NCBI GenBank assembly: GCA_003144275.1
Contig: NJBF01000077.1
Coordinates: forward strand, 1-8,628
Direction of reading: 5' to 3'
DNA length: 8,628 nt
Source: Candidatus Heimdallarchaeota archaeon B3_Heim
GTDB lineage: Archaea; Asgardarchaeota; Heimdallarchaeia; Hodarchaeales; Hodarchaeaceae
Position 1 is the stretch's first letter. Each line of letters begins with the position of its first letter. Below the pieces are notes generated by a model. It was given only the letters and a program-made list of their open reading frames with translations, searched no databases and was not told the origin of the DNA. A program made the translations under genes and the position numbers. Shown piece by piece: positions 6,511 through 8,628 of this stretch.

Positions 6511-8600
6511 TTATGCTGATATAGTGCTGCCCCATCATTATCATAAATTTGGTTAGAGTTTTTTATGAAGGGAAGCGAGTACTTATATTTATTTGCTCTT
6601 TTCCGAGCAACATCAGATATAAGGTAATATTTTGCATTTGAAGCATTGCTAAAGGATATGTTCCCCAACGAATCAAAATTAGAATTGTATCTAAAAGCAG
6701 CCCTTACACGGCCGAGAGGTCCTGCCCATATAGTTGTTTTCTTAAGATTTGATTCCATCCAATTCATGGCAATTTTTTCTTCCTTTGAATAAAATATCCA
6801 TCTATTGGATACTGACGGATCACATGTTGACTTCACTAGCGAGTTTATTGACCATATGATAATTAAGATGATAAACAATATTTCTCCAGTAAGTTGCCAC
6901 CTTTTGATATCCAACTGATGTATCCATTTTAAGATTATCATGCTGGCTAAAGCTACGGCAAAAAACATAAAGTATGGGAAAATTCTTAGTTCAAAATTGT
7001 TTGCAACGCCAGTTCCAATGATTTTGTCCAGAAATATTGTTATTAAAAGTAAGAGAAAGAATGAAACATAAAATGAAAATAAAAATAAAAAGTGAAGGGG
7101 ATTGGAAGAAAGATTTTTCTTTTGGATAAAATCCCAGATAATAGTCAAAGCCATAATTAAAGAGAGAGGAAAAATTATCCAATTAAATAGCATCAAAAAC
7201 ATCCAGATAAATGGGGGGAAGGAAAGATCGGATGAGATCGAAAGAATATGCAATCCGAATACATAGGTAAGTAACCCAAAGCCGCAAGCTGCATATATGC
7301 CCATGCGATAAGACTTATTAGAACGTATTTTTTCAGAAAACCTCATAATCAGATTTTTCAAAGCAGGCATGATTGGAACTTTGAAAAAGATGAAAAGCAG
7401 GAACAGTGACACAATTATGATTAATGTCGCAATGCCAAGCGGTATTGAAGTTGGATGAAGCGCTATTAATTTATTTTTCCAAGTATTAATGTGATTCTTC
7501 TGCGACACCCATAAGATAGGATATATATATGAACAGATAGAATAGTATATTGGAATGCAAGGAATCACGATATATGACATCTTCTTATAAGCCGGACTAC
7601 TCACACCCAAAAGCTTAGAAAAAAAGAAACCAATCATACAGGCAAAAATCATGCTAATGATGATAGCCGCTGAAAACCACTTGTTAAAGGAAGTTAATGA
7701 TAATACGGTCATATAAAAAAGTGCAAGATACAAAACGAATTTCTTATCATCCCTTTTAAGTGAAATCAATCGTATCAGGATGAAAAATGTCATCAATGCA
7801 AGGAAAAATATAAATCGTTCGTGTGAGCCGCGACTGGTGAAAAACAATAAACCTGGCTGCAGAGTTAAAAGGAATGTGGCAAGCAATGCTATCTTTTTAT
7901 CTCTAATTAATTCAACAAATAGTGGATAGGCTATTGTTAGATATAAAAAACCCGTCGGTAATATTAACAACTTCTGAATGGATAAATCTGTAATATTTGA
8001 TAAAAAAGTTACTACAACTTGAAATCCAAAGCCACTGCTATACTGATAGGTGGTAAATATTGTGGCTTGGCTCTTTACTGCCTGGATTGTTTTTGTAATC
8101 ATTCCCATGTCACCATCAGCTATTAATCCAGAATATCGTAATGAGAAGTATAAACAAGATAAGAATCCGTAAAATGATATTAATAATAGAGAATTAAAAG
8201 TAGATCTATCTATTGGAATACTCTTATGTTCTGTGACAGCAGTTTCTCTTCTTGCAGCAGTTACAGCAGCGAAAACCAATGTGAATGAAGATATTGCCAA
8301 CAAAATCGGACCCAGCCTAATTCCCCAGGGAGTATAACTTAATACTAACCCAGTAATTACTACTACTGCGATACTCAATCCTATGCTAAGAGCGATTCTT
8401 TCTATTGCATCCATTTCATTTTTTTTGGGAAATAAGGCACAAATGAGGGAATATCCCGGTAGGAATAATACCAGAGGGAAGCCTACTATTATTCGTAGTG
8501 GCGTGGCATTTAATGGCGGAACCACAATGAAAATCACGGATACTAACACAAAGACTATTATAGCTATAAATTCTTTTGGCACTCGTCCTTCTGGATTCAT
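6507..8600 (-). CDS. Polytopic membrane protein: N-terminal DUF1616-type module plus predicted GT-C-like glycosyltransferase body
   Basis: 697 aa, about 16-18 hydrophobic segments. Residues ~9-118 (VPPLNATPLRIIVGFPLVLFLPGYSLICALFP...DAIERIALSIGLSIA...YTPWGIRL.PIL) are typical DUF1616. The remainder has an acidic loop DGD (162-164), YSSGF, SHE (259-261), ELRIFPY (537-543) and a soluble C-terminal domain (EEKIAMNWMESN...IYDNDGAALY). The frame stays open to the window edge, but the ATG at 8600 fits the domain start and has an SD-like AAGGT 7 nt upstream. Confidence 0.8.
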   Translation of the reverse strand: MNPEGRVPKEFIAIIVFVLVSVIFIVVPPLNATPLRIIVGFPLVLFLPGYSLICALFPKKNEMDAIERIALSIGLSIAVVVITGLVLSYTPWGIRLGPILLAISSFTLVFAAVTAARRETAVTEHKSIPIDRSTFNSLLLISFYGFLSCLYFSLRYSGLIADGDMGMITKTIQAVKSQATIFTTYQYSSGFGFQVVVTFLSNITDLSIQKLLILPTGFLYLTIAYPLFVELIRDKKIALLATFLLTLQPGLLFFTSRGSHERFIFFLALMTFFILIRLISLKRDDKKFVLYLALFYMTVLSLTSFNKWFSAAIIISMIFACMIGFFFSKLLGVSSPAYKKMSYIVIPCIPIYYSICSYIYPILWVSQKNHINTWKNKLIALHPTSIPLGIATLIIIVSLFLLFIFFKVPIMPALKNLIMRFSEKIRSNKSYRMGIYAACGFGLLTYVFGLHILSISSDLSFPPFIWMFLMLFNWIIFPLSLIMALTIIWDFIQKKNLSSNPLHFLFLFSFYVSFFLLLLITIFLDKIIGTGVANNFELRIFPYFMFFAVALASMIILKWIHQLDIKRWQLTGEILFIILIIIWSINSLVKSTCDPSVSNRWIFYSKEEKIAMNWMESNLKKTTIWAGPLGRVRAAFRYNSNFDSLGNISFSNASNAKYYLISDVARKRANKYKYSLPFIKNSNQIYDNDGAALYQHK

Positions 8601-8602
8601 AT

Positions 8603-8617
8603 ACCGTACCTTACCTT
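8603..8617 (-). promoter_or_regulatory. Probable ribosome-binding site region of the DUF1616 fusion gene
   Basis: The minus strand reads AAGGT-AAGGT-ACGGT-AT-ATG. The middle AAGGT ends 7 nt before the ATG and matches the AGGT core of GGAGGTGA. Confidence 0.4.
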
Positions 8618-8628
8618 TTATGAAGTAA

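Noticed and set aside
7041-7100. Purine-rich low-complexity stretch with AAAAT-like repeats
   Set aside because: It is the reverse complement of a Phe/Leu-rich TM helix (LHFLFLFSFYVSFFLLLL), not a repeat element.
7521-7530. (AT)5 dinucleotide run in the membrane-protein gene
   Set aside because: Only five units, explained by the codons for S-Y-I-Y, and the frame is intact.
740-8426. 8-nt homopolymers (T8 740-747; A8 2902-2909, 3449-3456, 3535-3542; T8 8419-8426) as phase-variation tracts
   Set aside because: I saw none longer than 8 nt, all reading frames are intact, and runs of this length are expected from Lys/Phe codons at ~35% GC. Read-level length polymorphism would be needed to revive the idea.
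6991-8628. ORFs 6991..7182 (-) and 8383..8628 (+)
   Set aside because: They are an alternative-frame overlap and an antisense overlap of the 697-aa gene, with no motifs. The TAA at the last three bases of the window appears coincidental.
1-8628. CRISPR arrays, IS elements, integrases, inteins, tRNA/rRNA
   Set aside because: By eye I found no regularly spaced repeats, terminal inverted repeats, transposase/recombinase motifs, intein junctions or cloverleaf patterns. Nearly all of the sequence is accounted for by CDSs.

Overview
AT-rich (~35% GC by hand count) cell-surface glycan biosynthesis locus. The + strand carries a co-oriented run of seven genes: a 5'-truncated SAM-dependent methyltransferase missing from the supplied ORF track (<2..295), a GT-A glycosyltransferase of the family often mislabelled HlpA, a polysaccharide pyruvyl transferase, a WcaC-like GT4, a second class I methyltransferase, a strongly divergent GT4, and a WfgS/WcaE-like GT2. 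Only 3 bp after the last stop, a convergent 697-aa polytopic membrane protein ends on the - strand. It has an N-terminal DUF1616-type four-helix module joined to a body with GT-C (lipid-linked-sugar transferase) hallmarks. The DUF1616 module points to a euryarchaeal host (Methanomicrobia-like); this is an inference, and a bacterial host such as Chloroflexota is not excluded. I see no RNA gene, CRISPR array, transposase or convincing repeat element. The best candidate for an undescribed system is a pathway that builds a pyruvylated and methylated glycan in the cytoplasm and transfers or polymerises it outside via the DUF1616-GT-C fusion. All family calls are from motif recognition by eye, not database searches. 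GC and CpG figures are approximate hand counts.
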